From assembly GCA_963845245.1 (NCBI GenBank), contig CAWJRJ010000014.1, positions 1 through 64,000 on the forward strand: 64,000 nt of DNA, given 5' to 3'. Positions within the stretch are counted from its first letter, which is position 1. Each line of letters begins with the position of its first letter. Below, piece after piece: positions 51,665 through 63,887 of the stretch. The notes beneath the pieces were generated by a model, which searched no databases, had not been told where the DNA came from, and worked only from the letters and a program-made list of their open reading frames with translations. Both the position numbers and the translations under genes were made by a program. Source of the DNA: Nitrospirota bacterium. Lineage in GTDB: Bacteria > Nitrospirota > JACRHJ01.

Positions 51665-52486
51665 GTGGAAAACAGAACAAAAAAACTTGTCATATTGCTT
51701 GTTATCTTGGCTGTTATAGCTGCCGGGTTTTACGGTTATAAATATTTTATAGCCAAAAAGCCCGCGCCGCCCAAGGTTGTCGTCAAGATGGGTTCTCCCT
51801 TGCCAAAGAAGGCTGGGCCGTCACAAATGCCGTCGGCTACCGCCGCGCCTACCGCTGCTGCGCCAGAGAAACCGGCCACAACTATAAGCGTTGTGGAAAA
51901 AGGCAAGGAAATAAAGTATTCCAGCCCTGAAGAGTTTGTCGCAAAGACTACTCTCACCCCGCTTGAAGCTGAAGACTTCGGCAAGAAAAAACTCGAAGAA
52001 TCAAAAAAGAAGTTTGAGTCTGCTAAGGCCGGCAAGGACAAGGCTGCAATAGTGGCGGCGGAAGAAGAACTGAATATCTCCGAAAAGCTGAACTCCCTTG
52101 TTGCAGCCCATATGAGAGAGAGCATGGGCAGAAAAACGTATGCATATGCTGCTCTTGGCAAAAGGGACCCCTTTATGAACCCGTTTGAGATCCCAAAGGT
52201 ATATCCCCCGATACCGGCTAATGCTAAACCGTATGAAAGAGTTCCGGTCGAGCAGATTAGCTTAAAGGCTGTGGTCTGGAACCAGAAGGGGTACCGGGCT
52301 ATGATAGTAACGCCCGACGGGCGCAGTTTCGTCGTAAAAGCTGGCGAAAGGATCGGAGACAAGCTTGGACTTATAACAAAAATTACCAGCGACAGGATAT
52401 TCGTGACCGAGAAAATAAAGGATATTCTGGGAGATGTGGAAACCAAGAATACTATAATGCAACTGCATCACAAGGAGGCGGAGTAA
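51665..52486 (+). CDS. pilP: Type IV pilus assembly protein PilP (TM-anchored, extended)
   Basis: KRDPF motif, AMIVTPDG..VKAGERIG; GTG start after RBS GGAGG. Confidence 0.85.
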   Translation: MENRTKKLVILLVILAVIAAGFYGYKYFIAKKPAPPKVVVKMGSPLPKKAGPSQMPSATAAPTAAAPEKPATTISVVEKGKEIKYSSPEEFVAKTTLTPLEAEDFGKKKLEESKKKFESAKAGKDKAAIVAAEEELNISEKLNSLVAAHMRESMGRKTYAYAALGKRDPFMNPFEIPKVYPPIPANAKPYERVPVEQISLKAVVWNQKGYRAMIVTPDGRSFVVKAGERIGDKLGLITKITSDRIFVTEKIKDILGDVETKNTIMQLHHKEAE

Positions 52487-54981
52487 TGGTGGACGCCGGG
52501 TCTTTTATCAGGAAAAATTTAATTCTTTGGGCAGTCCTTCTCGCTTTTATTGCCGGCTGCGCTGGGGGTGCGCCCTCAGTCAAGCAGGGCAGCGGCGAAC
52601 AGCTTGCACAACTCAAGAATATCGAGGTTAAGGAGACCCCTGACAGTGTTATCGTCGTTATTTCTACCGATAAGCCCGTAAGCTTTACTTCTGTCAAGAT
52701 AAACGAACCTCCGAAAATGGTAATAGACCTGGCAGGGGCGGACCCTACATCCGTCAAGGGGCCGATAAAGGTCGGCACGGGCGGAATTGATTACATAACC
52801 ACTTCGGCGGTTGCCGGATCAAAGAAGCTTGTGCGCCTTGAGGTTGGGATGAACGCGCTTCTTGCGTCTAAAACGGCGCAGGATGGAGGGACGATCAACA
52901 TTGTATTTGAGAAAAAACCGGTATCCGCAACAAATGTCAATGCCCCAGCTTCTCCCACCGAAAAGGTAGAGGCAGCGGAAACGGCCAATGCTTCTGGGAC
53001 CCAGGCGACTGTCACCAAGACTGAAAGGGTTGTAAAGGAGTCTGCCTCAGAGGTTAAGGCTGCTGCTGTTGTCTCGCCAGCCACAGATTTACCGCAGGCC
53101 AGAAGGGTCAGCAATGTCACCTTTTCGAAAATTGGCGAGGGATTCCAGGTCAGGATTGAAGGCGACGGCAGAATCGGCAAAAGGGAAGTTTTCAAGCTGG
53201 GCGGAGACAGGCTTGTAGTTGACCTTCCGGCTATGGGTTCGCCAAAGGAGAAGCTTGTCCTTGATGTAGGTGGAAGATGCCTGAAGAAGGTCAGGATGGC
53301 AAGGCATCAGGCACCCCAAAAGGTACGCGTTGTGCTGGACCTTGGCTGTGCTGTGGATTATGACGTAAAGGACGATGGCAAGGCTCTTGTTGTCTCCGTC
53401 GCACCTGTGGGCACGTTGAAGACCGCGATGGCAGCGCCACAGGGTCCTGCCAAAGCAGAGCCGGCGAAGGCGGCGGCTCCTGCCGGGACCGCCAAAGCGG
53501 GTAAGCCCGTTGCCGTTGCAAAGTCCGAAGCAAAATCGTCGTCTTCCAAGCCGGCTGCACCTATAAGCGTATATATATCCAAAACGGACGGCAAGTCAGT
53601 CCTTTCTTCTGCACCGATAGAGACATCTGCGGGAACGTCGAAGGCAGGGGGCGAGACCAAGAGCTACGTGGAGACCCCCACGAAGATATATACCGGAGGC
53701 AAAATTTCGTTTGATATCCAGGATGCCGATGTTGCCAAGGTTATACAGCTTCTGGCCGATGTTGCAGGGCTTAACCTTGTGATCGACCCCGCAGAGGTCA
53801 AGGGCAAGGTCACGCTCAAGCTCACTGAAGTGCCCTGGGACCAGGCGCTCGATATAATCATGAGGATATACAACCTGGACAAAATAGTGGAAGGCAACGT
53901 CATGAGGGTTGCCGCAAAGTCAAAGTTTGACGACGAGAAGCGGAAGGACCTTCTACAGGTGGCCGAGCAGAGGAAACTTGAACAACAGGCAGAAGACCTC
54001 TATACCAAGACTTTCAAGCTCAACTACTCGACTGCAGCCGACCTTGAAACCAAGATAAAAAAGATACTGACTCCTCGCGGCGATGCTACTGCAAACCCGC
54101 GCACGAACGAGCTTATCGTTACGGATACCAAATCCACCATGGAGAAGGCTGAGCAGCTCATCAAGATGCTGGACAAGGAAGTAGACCAGGTACTGATAGA
54201 GGCAAGGATAGTGACCGTGGACGTAGGTTACAGCCAGAGCCTAGGCGTTTCCTGGGGTATAAGGAAAAACAGCGGGCCCAAGGGCTCCAACCCAGGCTTT
54301 GGTTTTGTCCAGGGCACCGGGGATCAAGGCTCAGGCGGGTCAAGTCTTGCGGTTGGCGCGGAAGGGCCTAATGGCTCTCATTCATATACACTGGACCTTC
54401 CGAAAGAGCTTTTCGCATCGGCAGGCGGGGTATTGGGCGCTATGACCTTTGGAAACGTTCTGAAAGACATCAACCTCGACCTCACAATATCGGCTCTCGA
54501 ATCCATAGACAAGGCCGAGACGCTTGCCAGCCCGAAGGTTTTCACGCTTGAGAACCAGGCAGCTACTATAACGTCAGGTACGACGCTGTACGTCCAGACC
54601 ACGTCTTCGACAGGTACAAAACCCGAGCCCTTGAACGCAAACTTGAGCCTAACCGTAACCCCCCGGATAACCGGCGACAACTGCATCATGATGGAAGTCA
54701 CCGCTACCAATAACCAGGCTATTACCAACCCGCCGGCCGGCTCGACCGCAGCCATCAATACCCAGGCTGTAACGACGAACGTACTGGTTAGAAACGGCGA
54801 CACGATCGTCCTTGGAGGCATATACACCAAGAACAAATCAACCGGAGACGCGCATATCCCGCTGCTTGGCAGGATACCCATAATCAAGTACCTGTTCAGC
54901 AACAACACATGGTTTGACAAGACCTCGGAGCTTCTGATATTCATCACTCCAAAGCTGGTGAAACAGACCAACCAAGTTTAG
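52486..54981 (+). CDS. pilQ: Type IV pilus secretin PilQ with AMIN domains
   Basis: Lipobox IAGC; VPWDQALD, QVLIEARIV, GDTIVLGGI, ELLIFITP. Confidence 0.96.
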   Translation: MVDAGSFIRKNLILWAVLLAFIAGCAGGAPSVKQGSGEQLAQLKNIEVKETPDSVIVVISTDKPVSFTSVKINEPPKMVIDLAGADPTSVKGPIKVGTGGIDYITTSAVAGSKKLVRLEVGMNALLASKTAQDGGTINIVFEKKPVSATNVNAPASPTEKVEAAETANASGTQATVTKTERVVKESASEVKAAAVVSPATDLPQARRVSNVTFSKIGEGFQVRIEGDGRIGKREVFKLGGDRLVVDLPAMGSPKEKLVLDVGGRCLKKVRMARHQAPQKVRVVLDLGCAVDYDVKDDGKALVVSVAPVGTLKTAMAAPQGPAKAEPAKAAAPAGTAKAGKPVAVAKSEAKSSSSKPAAPISVYISKTDGKSVLSSAPIETSAGTSKAGGETKSYVETPTKIYTGGKISFDIQDADVAKVIQLLADVAGLNLVIDPAEVKGKVTLKLTEVPWDQALDIIMRIYNLDKIVEGNVMRVAAKSKFDDEKRKDLLQVAEQRKLEQQAEDLYTKTFKLNYSTAADLETKIKKILTPRGDATANPRTNELIVTDTKSTMEKAEQLIKMLDKEVDQVLIEARIVTVDVGYSQSLGVSWGIRKNSGPKGSNPGFGFVQGTGDQGSGGSSLAVGAEGPNGSHSYTLDLPKELFASAGGVLGAMTFGNVLKDINLDLTISALESIDKAETLASPKVFTLENQAATITSGTTLYVQTTSSTGTKPEPLNANLSLTVTPRITGDNCIMMEVTATNNQAITNPPAGSTAAINTQAVTTNVLVRNGDTIVLGGIYTKNKSTGDAHIPLLGRIPIIKYLFSNNTWFDKTSELLIFITPKLVKQTNQV

Positions 54982-55006
54982 CTTGAAAAATTAATAGATT
55001 AGGTTT

Positions 55007-55039
55007 AAAATGCGCCCTTAGTACGGGCGCATTTTTTTT
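55007..55039 (+). terminator. Intrinsic terminator
   Basis: AAAATGCGCCC-TTAGTAC-GGGCGCATTTTTTT. Confidence 0.8.
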
Positions 55040-55054
55040 AATCCGGAGCATGAA

Positions 55055-56215
55055 ATGCTTAGATACCTTACAGCGGGCGAATCCCACGGCCCTGAGCTTG
55101 TGGCCATTGTCGAGGGCCTGCCGGCAGGCCTGGCGGTTACCGAAGAGATGATAGGTCACGACCTCGTCCGGCGCCAGCAAGGCTATGGACGTGGCGGCAG
55201 GATGAAGATAGAGAAGGACCGGGCCCGTATAGTATCCGGGGTCAGGTGGGGGAGGACACTCGGAAGCCCGGTAGGGCTTATTGTGGAAAACAGGGACTGG
55301 GCCAACTGGCAGGAAAAGATGTCGGCCGACCCGGCGCATGCCGGCTCAATGGAAGCAGTCACCCGCCCGAGACCCGGCCACGCTGACCTTACAGGCATGC
55401 TTAAATATGGTCATACCGACGCGAGGAACGTCCTTGAGCGCTCAAGCGCCAGGGAGACAGCGGCACGCGTCGCGGTAGGTGCGGTTGCCAAGGCGCTCCT
55501 CTCTGAGTTTGGGATAAAGGTCATGGGATGGGTTACTGAAATAGGCGGAGTAGCTGCTGGTGAATTTGACGGCAGGGCCGAGGTTCTAGGCAAAAAGGCC
55601 GAGGCATCCGAAGTGCGATGCCCCGATGAAAACGCCTCTCGCAGCATGATGAAAGCCATAGATCGAGCCAAGAAGGTCGGGGACTCGCTTGGCGGCGTGT
55701 TCGAGATTATTGTAACTGGTTGCCCTCCTGGGCTTGGCAGCTATGTACAGCGCGACAGGACGCTCGACGGCCTTTTGGCTGGCGCCATTATGAGCATACA
55801 GGCCATGAAGGGGGTTGAAGTCGGCATGGGGTTCGACGCCGCGAGAAGGCCCGGTTCCCAGGTACATGACGAGATCTTTTATAATGCCAAAAAGGGCTTT
55901 TTCAGGAAGACGAACCATGCCGGCGGCATCGAGGGGGGCATGTCGAACGGCTCGGATATAATCATCCGCGCGGCAATGAAGCCGATTCCTACGCTTTACA
56001 AGCCGCTTCAGTCTGTAGATATCGTGAGCAGGAAGGCGTTCAAGGCTTCTGTGGAGCGTTCCGATACATGTGCGGTCCCTGCGGCCGCCGTAGTCGGCGA
56101 GGCAGTCGCTGCGTTTGTCATCGCGCAGGCCATGACCGAGAAATTCGGCGGAGACAGCATGGCTGAGATGAAACGGAATTTTGAAGGCTATCTCGAATAT
56201 ATTAAAAAGTTCTAA
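55055..56215 (+). CDS. aroC: Chorismate synthase
   Basis: [31 protein letters not shown]. Confidence 0.97.
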   Translation: MLRYLTAGESHGPELVAIVEGLPAGLAVTEEMIGHDLVRRQQGYGRGGRMKIEKDRARIVSGVRWGRTLGSPVGLIVENRDWANWQEKMSADPAHAGSMEAVTRPRPGHADLTGMLKYGHTDARNVLERSSARETAARVAVGAVAKALLSEFGIKVMGWVTEIGGVAAGEFDGRAEVLGKKAEASEVRCPDENASRSMMKAIDRAKKVGDSLGGVFEIIVTGCPPGLGSYVQRDRTLDGLLAGAIMSIQAMKGVEVGMGFDAARRPGSQVHDEIFYNAKKGFFRKTNHAGGIEGGMSNGSDIIIRAAMKPIPTLYKPLQSVDIVSRKAFKASVERSDTCAVPAAAVVGEAVAAFVIAQAMTEKFGGDSMAEMKRNFEGYLEYIKKF

Positions 56216-56260
56216 ACCTTACTTTCTTTTCAGGAGAAAAGAAAGTAACAAAGAAAAGCC
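56216..56260 (+). repeat. Intergenic hairpin repeat, type 1 (after aroC stop)
   Basis: ACC-TTACTTTCTTTTC-AGGA-GAAAAGAAAGTAA-CAAAGAAAAGCC. Confidence 0.8.
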
Positions 56261-56297
56261 ATTACTTGAAAATTAAACGGGCGGGACTTGAGGCTTA

Positions 56298-56819
56298 ATG
56301 GCCAGGAACATTACCCTCGTAGGTTTCATGGGCACAGGTAAGACGACCGTAGGCAGGATACTGGCCGAACGGCTAGGCTATACGTTTGTGGATGTCGACC
56401 ACGAGATAGAGATGGAGCAGGGCGTAACAATATCGCACATATTCTCGGAGCTTGGTGAACCCTACTTCCGGATGCTTGAGCGCGATATGATAAAGGCGCT
56501 TAGCAGGCAGGAGGGGCTTATCATATCGGCTGGCGGCGGCGCTGTGCTGGACACCCGTAACGTGGACGACCTCGGGCGCAGTGGCCCTGTTGTCTGCCTG
56601 TCGGCAAAGCCCGATGAGATACTGAAAAGGGTTGGCGGTACGGAAACAAGGCCGCTGCTCCAGGTGCCGGACCCTTTGGCGAAGATCACCGAGATGCTTG
56701 AGGCGCGTGCGCCTTTTTATGCGCGCGCTGATTGCACTATAGATACATCCGGGCTTTCTCCGCAGGAAGTCGCCGGTATAATAATAAAGAAGACTGGTTT
56801 ACAGACGGGAGTAAAATGA
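56298..56819 (+). CDS. aroK: Shikimate kinase
   Basis: GFMGTGKTTVG, GEPYFR, GGGAV, RPLL. Confidence 0.96.
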   Translation: MARNITLVGFMGTGKTTVGRILAERLGYTFVDVDHEIEMEQGVTISHIFSELGEPYFRMLERDMIKALSRQEGLIISAGGGAVLDTRNVDDLGRSGPVVCLSAKPDEILKRVGGTETRPLLQVPDPLAKITEMLEARAPFYARADCTIDTSGLSPQEVAGIIIKKTGLQTGVK

Positions 56820-57907
56820 CGGACGCAAGGATTCTGGAAACCGTGCGGGTGGAACTGGGCGAGCGGTCCTACGATATTGAGATAGGCCAGGGCAATCTCG
56901 GAGTGGTTGGCGAAAAGATGAAGGCGTTAGGCCTTTCTGGTCGTGTCGGCATAGTCACCAACGACACCGTTTCGCCGCTATATGCGCGTATGGTATCTGA
57001 ATCCATAAGGGCTGCCGGGATAGAGCCCGTCCTGCTTGTCATCCCGGATGGCGAGGAGTATAAGTCGCTCCCCTGGGCGTCACACCTCTTCGACAGGCTG
57101 CTCTCGATGCGGTTCGACAGGAAGTGCGCGCTGGTTGCGCTTGGTGGAGGGGTCATAGGCGACCTCACAGGCTTTGTCGCCGCGTCGTATATGCGAGGTA
57201 TCCCGTTCGTCCAGGTGCCGACGACACTCCTTTCGCAGGTAGACTCATCAGTGGGCGGCAAGACCGGCGTTAACCACCCGCTTGGGAAGAACATGATCGG
57301 CGCATTTTACCAGCCGGTACACGTATGCGCGGACGTGACCACGCTTGACACCCTGCCGCAGGAGGAGTTCCTCTCGGGTATGGCTGAGGTGGTCAAGTAC
57401 GGCGTTATATACGACGTCGCATTCTTTGATTACATAGAGAAAAACCGCGAGGCCATACTGAAAAAGGAACCTGCAGCACTCTGCTACATCATAAAACGCT
57501 CTTGCGAGATAAAGGCAGAGGTGGTGGGAAAGGACGAGCGCGAGTCCGGGCTTCGGGCCATACTCAATTTTGGCCATACCGTCGGCCACGCAGTCGAAGC
57601 GCTAACCAACTACACCGGCCACAGGCATGGCGAGGCGGTATCGATCGGCATGGTGATGGCCGCGAGGCTTTCTCACAAGACGGGTCTATGCGGACGGGAG
57701 GTCGAGGCAAGGGTCGAGGCGCTTCTCTCCGCGCTCGGGCTGCCGGTCAAGATGCCCGCGCTTGAGCCGTCCGCTGTGCTGTCTGCAATAGGGCTCGACA
57801 AAAAATCGGAGGGCGGGAAGGTCAAGTTCGTCCTGCCGAAAAAAATAGGCGAAGTGGTTATTACGAACCAGTGGGAAGAAGATAAACTTGTGGAGGCATT
57901 AAGGTAG
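56816..57907 (+). CDS. aroB: 3-dehydroquinate synthase
   Basis: GGGVIGD, PTTLLSQVDSSVGGKT, LNFGHTVGHA, HGEAV; ATG 56816 overlaps the aroK stop. Confidence 0.97.
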   Translation: MTDARILETVRVELGERSYDIEIGQGNLGVVGEKMKALGLSGRVGIVTNDTVSPLYARMVSESIRAAGIEPVLLVIPDGEEYKSLPWASHLFDRLLSMRFDRKCALVALGGGVIGDLTGFVAASYMRGIPFVQVPTTLLSQVDSSVGGKTGVNHPLGKNMIGAFYQPVHVCADVTTLDTLPQEEFLSGMAEVVKYGVIYDVAFFDYIEKNREAILKKEPAALCYIIKRSCEIKAEVVGKDERESGLRAILNFGHTVGHAVEALTNYTGHRHGEAVSIGMVMAARLSHKTGLCGREVEARVEALLSALGLPVKMPALEPSAVLSAIGLDKKSEGGKVKFVLPKKIGEVVITNQWEEDKLVEALR

Positions 57908-57909
57908 TA

Positions 57910-58269
57910 ATGAAATACAACGTATACAAGAGCCATTTGATGGAAGACTGTTACATGTTCACCGACGCGAGCAAGCCAATGCCGGAAGCCATATCGCCCA
58001 TGTTTTACGGCGAGGACGGCCTGCCTCCCGGGATGATGCCGGAGGCGATATGGGACGAGTTCGAGGGCGAGCCCATGACGGCGGTCGTAGTCAAGGATGA
58101 CGGCGAGGTAGTGGACGTGAAGACTGACGCGATAATAGATGTTGACCCTGTCGAGATGGCGGCTGACGTCGCCAAAGACGGCTACTACATCGTGGAGCAG
58201 TGCAAGATAGAGTCCTACAAGGAGTTCTGCATCAGGCACGGGTACAGCTACCACGGGGACGAGAGCTAA
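57910..58269 (+). CDS. Acidic hypothetical protein, possible remote YcgL-like fold
   Basis: Starts 2 nt after the aroB stop; YNVYKS..DCYMF and DPVEMAADVAKDGYYI. Confidence 0.65.
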   Translation: MKYNVYKSHLMEDCYMFTDASKPMPEAISPMFYGEDGLPPGMMPEAIWDEFEGEPMTAVVVKDDGEVVDVKTDAIIDVDPVEMAADVAKDGYYIVEQCKIESYKEFCIRHGYSYHGDES

Positions 58270-58293
58270 AAGTAACCTTTAAACAATATTGCA

Positions 58294-58321
58294 GGGGCCG
58301 ACCTTCGTGTCGGCCCTTTTT
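58294..58321 (+). terminator. Intrinsic terminator
   Basis: GGGCCGAC-CTTCGT-GTCGGCCCTTTT. Confidence 0.8.
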
Positions 58322-58334
58322 GTAGATTATTACC

Positions 58335-58393
58335 TGCTCATTCTGTACGCACCTGCCTATATTTTAATCACGATATTGCCTAGATAATAATCA
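58335..58393 (+). promoter_or_regulatory. Candidate NtrC-type enhancer sites
   Basis: Three 17-mers: TGCTCATTCTGTACGCA, TGCCTATATTTTAATCA, TGCCTAGATAATAATCA. Confidence 0.5.
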
Positions 58394-58454
58394 ATTCGCA
58401 CCATCAACAATCTCTGATTTCTGAAAAAACAGCCACTTACAAAAGGACACACCC

Positions 58455-58471
58455 TCGGCATATTCCTTGCA
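58455..58471 (+). promoter_or_regulatory. Sigma54 promoter for amt-glnB-glnA
   Basis: TCGGCATATTCCTTGCA, GG-N10-GC spacing. Confidence 0.7.
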
Positions 58472-58516
58472 ACTGTCCTATGAAGCAGTTTTCTTTAAAA
58501 ATCAAGGAGGGTCGAG

Positions 58517-60174
<1,658 letters not shown>

Positions 60175-60213
60175 TTAGCAGGGAGCAGGTATTATTTAAA
60201 CTTGGAGGAAAAG

Positions 60214-61626
60214 ATGACACCGAAACAAGTAGTTGAGATGGCAAAGAAGAACGGAGCGGTAATGGTCGACATGAAGTTCATGGACTTCCCCGGCCTGTGG
60301 CAGCATTTCTCTGTCCCTGTGGACGAGCTTACGGAAGCGATATTCAGCGATGGTCTTGGTTTTGACGGCTCCTCGATACGCGGCTGGAAGTCGATACACA
60401 CCTCGGACATGCTCGTCGTGCCCGACCCGAACACGGCCGTAATGGACCCGTTCACCCAGTATCCGACGCTTTCCCTCATATGCAACGTAATCGACCCCAT
60501 CACCAAGGAAAACTACGACCGCGACCCGCGCTACATAGCGATCAAGGCCGAGAATTACATGAAGTCCACCAAGATCGCGGACACCGCGTACTTCGGCCCC
60601 GAGGCGGAGTTCTTCATCCTTGACGACGTCATGTTCGACCAGACCTCGAACTCCGGCTACTACTTCATAGACTCATCCGAAGGCATCTGGAACTCAGGCC
60701 GCGAGGAAGGCCCGAACCTGGGCTTCAAGCCGCGCCACAAGGAAGGCTACTTCCCCGTCCCGCCGACGGACTCCCAGGAGGATATCCGCACCGAGATGGT
60801 ACTGGAGATGCAGAAGGTCGGCATCTATATCGAGCGCCAGCACCACGAGGTCGCTACCGCCGGACAGGCCGAGATCGACATGCGTTTCAACTCGATGGTC
60901 AAGATGGCCGACGAGCTTATGTACTTCAAGTACATCGTGAAGAACGTCGCAAGGCGCAACGGCAAGACCGCTACCTTCATGCCGAAGCCGCTCTTCGGCG
61001 ACAACGGCTCCGGCATGCACGTCCACCAGTCCCTCTGGAAGGGCGGCAAGCCCCTCTTCGCGGGCGACGGCTATGCAGGCCTGTCCAAGATGGCGCTCTA
61101 CTACATCGGCGGCGTCCTGAAGCACGCGAAGGCCCTGGCGGCCCTCACCAACCCGACCACCAACTCCTACAAGAGGCTGGTGCCGGGCTTCGAGGCCCCG
61201 GTCAACCTGGCGTACTCCGGCCGTAACCGCTCGGCCTCCATACGTATCCCGATGTACTCGCCCTCGCCGAAGGCGAAGCGCGTAGAGGTCCGTTTCCCGG
61301 ACCCGTCCTGCAACGGCTACATGGCCTTCGCCGCCATGCTGATGGCAGGTCTTGACGGCATAGAGAACAAGATCGACCCGGGCGAGCCGCTTGACAAGGA
61401 CATCTACGACCTCGGGCCTGAGGAGCTTGCGCAGGTCCCGTCGATGCCGGGTTCCCTCGAGGACGCGCTGGACGCGCTCGAGGCCGACCACGACTTCCTG
61501 CTCAAGGGCGACGTCTTCACGAAGGACACCATCGAGACCTGGATCTCCTACAAGAGGAGCAAAGAGGTCGACGCCTTAAGGCTCAGGCCGCACCCGTACG
61601 AGTTCTTCCTGTACTACGACATATAA
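60214..61626 (+). CDS. glnA: Glutamine synthetase type I
   Basis: [42 protein letters not shown], adenylylation-site KDIYDL. Confidence 0.98.
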   Translation: MTPKQVVEMAKKNGAVMVDMKFMDFPGLWQHFSVPVDELTEAIFSDGLGFDGSSIRGWKSIHTSDMLVVPDPNTAVMDPFTQYPTLSLICNVIDPITKENYDRDPRYIAIKAENYMKSTKIADTAYFGPEAEFFILDDVMFDQTSNSGYYFIDSSEGIWNSGREEGPNLGFKPRHKEGYFPVPPTDSQEDIRTEMVLEMQKVGIYIERQHHEVATAGQAEIDMRFNSMVKMADELMYFKYIVKNVARRNGKTATFMPKPLFGDNGSGMHVHQSLWKGGKPLFAGDGYAGLSKMALYYIGGVLKHAKALAALTNPTTNSYKRLVPGFEAPVNLAYSGRNRSASIRIPMYSPSPKAKRVEVRFPDPSCNGYMAFAAMLMAGLDGIENKIDPGEPLDKDIYDLGPEELAQVPSMPGSLEDALDALEADHDFLLKGDVFTKDTIETWISYKRSKEVDALRLRPHPYEFFLYYDI

Positions 61627-61645
61627 GCCGCATGCGGCAAAATAT

Positions 61646-61680
61646 AAAAAGCCCCCCCGGAAACGGGGGGGCTTTTTTTT
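61646..61680 (+). terminator. Intrinsic terminator
   Basis: AAAAAGCCCCCCCG-GAAA-CGGGGGGGCTTTTTTTT. Confidence 0.9.
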
Positions 61681-63588
61681 GTGATTGGTATTTTTAGATT
61701 TAAAAGATACTGGTTATTGGCTATTATGTATCACATGAAGAAAAAATTTATCGCCATAGAATCTCTCAAAAACATGCGCGCCATGCATGTCCTTACCTTG
61801 ATAATCCTCTCCATCGCAGTATACTTAAACGCCCTCCAGAACGGTTTTGTATACGACGACACCGACCAGGTGCTCCGTAACCCCTGGATAAAGGACATTG
61901 CCAACATACCGGCGATATTCAGTACGGGTGTATGGGGTTTTCAAGGTTACGTCTCAAACTATTACCGCCCGGTCATGCACCTTCTATATATGCTCGATTA
62001 TCACCTTTTCGGATTCGCCCCATGGGGCTTCCATCTTGTAAACATAATCCTGCACACAACAAACTGCGTACTTGTCTTCCTGGTAACGGAACGGCTCCTC
62101 AGGGACTACCATACAGACGTTTCGCCTGCTGTGCTTTCGGTACCGTTCATGGCCGCCGTTATCTTTGCAGTCCACCCGGTCCATACTGAAGCGGTTACAT
62201 GGGTTGCTGGTGTGCCGGACCTCTCCTACGTAATGTTCTTCCTACTTGCTTTTTACCTGTACATAGGTTCACGGCGCGAAGGTGGCGAAGCGAATAAATG
62301 GTTTACACTCTTGTCTGTCGCCTCATTCTTTGTTGCAATGCTCTGCAAGGAGCCGGCTATCACCCTTCCCGCCATCCTGTTGGGCTTCGACTATGCCGTT
62401 GATAAACGCAAAGACCGGCTGGTCGTATATTTCAGAAGGTATCTGCCGTACCTGCTGGCTATTTGTGTTTACCTTTTTGTGAGGTCTTCGGTCCTCGGAG
62501 GTTTTTCACCTGACAAGCCGCACTGGAAGTTAGGTGCTTACCTTGACATCGTCAATACCTTCCCGCTTTTCAGTGGTTATCTTGGAAAACTCTTTCTCCC
62601 TTTGAACTTGAACTTCTTTTATGTGTTTCATCCCGCTTCATCCGTGTTAGAGGCAAAGGTGTTGCTCTCTGTTCTAATAACTGCAGCCTTTGTGGTTGTC
62701 CTTTTCGCATCGCTTAAGAAGCGGTCGTTGATATCACTAGCCCTTATCCTGATAGTTGTCCCTCTCCTTCCCGTCATGTACATCCCGGGACTAGGCAAAG
62801 CTGTTTTTACGGAGCGATATCTTTACCTTCCGGTCTTCGGGTTCGCCCTGCTCCTGCCGCTGATGGGTAACCATATCGCCGCGAGAAGGCCGTCCACATC
62901 GAGGCTTCTTGCCGTCTGTTTTATTGGATTAATTGCGTTTTATTCGGTGGCGACCATCTCCAGGAACAGGGTATGGAAGGATGATTACACTCTTTTTTCC
63001 GACACCGTCAGAAAATCACCCGATGGTGCGTTGCCGCACGATACGTTGGGGGTGGCGCTATTCAAGATGGGGCGGGTTGACGAGGCGATAACCGAGCACA
63101 AAACCGCCATCAGACTGGAAGATGACAGTGCGTTGCCGCATGTTAACCTTGCCGCCGCCTATATTAGCAAGGACATGCTGGACGACGCCTTAAATGAGTG
63201 TAATATTGCGCTGAAGCTGGAGCAGGAGAACGGCTTGGCCTACAACCTTCTGGGCGTTATCTATGGCAGGAGAGGGCAGACGGACAAGGCGATCGAGATG
63301 CTGCAGACGTCGATTACAATCAATTCCGGCTTTGCTCAGGCCCATAATAATCTTGGCATCGTATACGGGGAGAAGGGCCTGATGGATAAGGCCGTGGCCG
63401 AGTTTCAGGCGGCCTTGAACATCGAACCGGGTTATGCAGAGGCCCACAGTAACCTCGGGATCACGTATAATATTATGGGCCAGACGGACAAGGCGGTGGA
63501 GCAGTTCAGGGCGGCGCTCAGGCTTGACCCTAACGATGCGATATCAAAGAAGAACTTAAACGAGATCCTTCAACAAAACAATCATTGA
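61681..63588 (+). CDS. TMTC-like GT-C membrane glycosyltransferase with TPRs (third paralog; true start probably downstream of 61681)
   Basis: FVYDD, YYRPV, HPVHTEAVTWVAG, LCKEP, ERYLYLP, about 5 TPRs. Confidence 0.85.
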   Translation: MIGIFRFKRYWLLAIMYHMKKKFIAIESLKNMRAMHVLTLIILSIAVYLNALQNGFVYDDTDQVLRNPWIKDIANIPAIFSTGVWGFQGYVSNYYRPVMHLLYMLDYHLFGFAPWGFHLVNIILHTTNCVLVFLVTERLLRDYHTDVSPAVLSVPFMAAVIFAVHPVHTEAVTWVAGVPDLSYVMFFLLAFYLYIGSRREGGEANKWFTLLSVASFFVAMLCKEPAITLPAILLGFDYAVDKRKDRLVVYFRRYLPYLLAICVYLFVRSSVLGGFSPDKPHWKLGAYLDIVNTFPLFSGYLGKLFLPLNLNFFYVFHPASSVLEAKVLLSVLITAAFVVVLFASLKKRSLISLALILIVVPLLPVMYIPGLGKAVFTERYLYLPVFGFALLLPLMGNHIAARRPSTSRLLAVCFIGLIAFYSVATISRNRVWKDDYTLFSDTVRKSPDGALPHDTLGVALFKMGRVDEAITEHKTAIRLEDDSALPHVNLAAAYISKDMLDDALNECNIALKLEQENGLAYNLLGVIYGRRGQTDKAIEMLQTSITINSGFAQAHNNLGIVYGEKGLMDKAVAEFQAALNIEPGYAEAHSNLGITYNIMGQTDKAVEQFRAALRLDPNDAISKKNLNEILQQNNH

Positions 63589-63631
63589 CACACCCCGTAA
63601 GTAACGGATGTGCCGCTTGCGGCAAGATATT

Positions 63632-63663
63632 AAAAAGCCCCTTCGAAAGAAGGGGCTTTTTTT
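63632..63663. terminator. Bidirectional intrinsic terminator
   Basis: AAAAAGCCCCTTC-GAAA-GAAGGGGCTTTTTTT. Confidence 0.88.
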
Positions 63664-63689
63664 GTGCGGGTGTCGATGTTATAAGGCAG

Positions 63690-63887
63690 TCAATATTTTG
63701 CCGCGTGGTTTACGTAGAAGTCGCATTTGCGGCAGAAGCTGATCTTTTCCATGACAGTCGCCATCGCGATCTTGCCGTTGTCGCACATGGTGCCTGTCAC
63801 CTTCCAGCATTCGAGCCCATTGTCCGGGTATGCCGGACACGCAACCCTGGCCTTGTCGCTGCAGGCCTTGTATTCCCAGCAGTCCAT
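63690..63887 (-). CDS. Stand-alone Cys-rich two-CW domain protein (65 aa)
   Basis: RBS AGGAGGT + ATG 63887; CWEYKAC..CPAY..CWKVTGTMC..CRKCDFY. Confidence 0.85.
   Translation of the reverse strand: MDCWEYKACSDKARVACPAYPDNGLECWKVTGTMCDNGKIAMATVMEKISFCRKCDFYVNHAAKY

Noticed and set aside
56216..56260. Type 1 hairpins as ordinary intrinsic terminators
   Set aside because: In the sense direction they are followed by an A-rich tract, not a U-tract, and lie between co-oriented genes; antisense termination remains possible.
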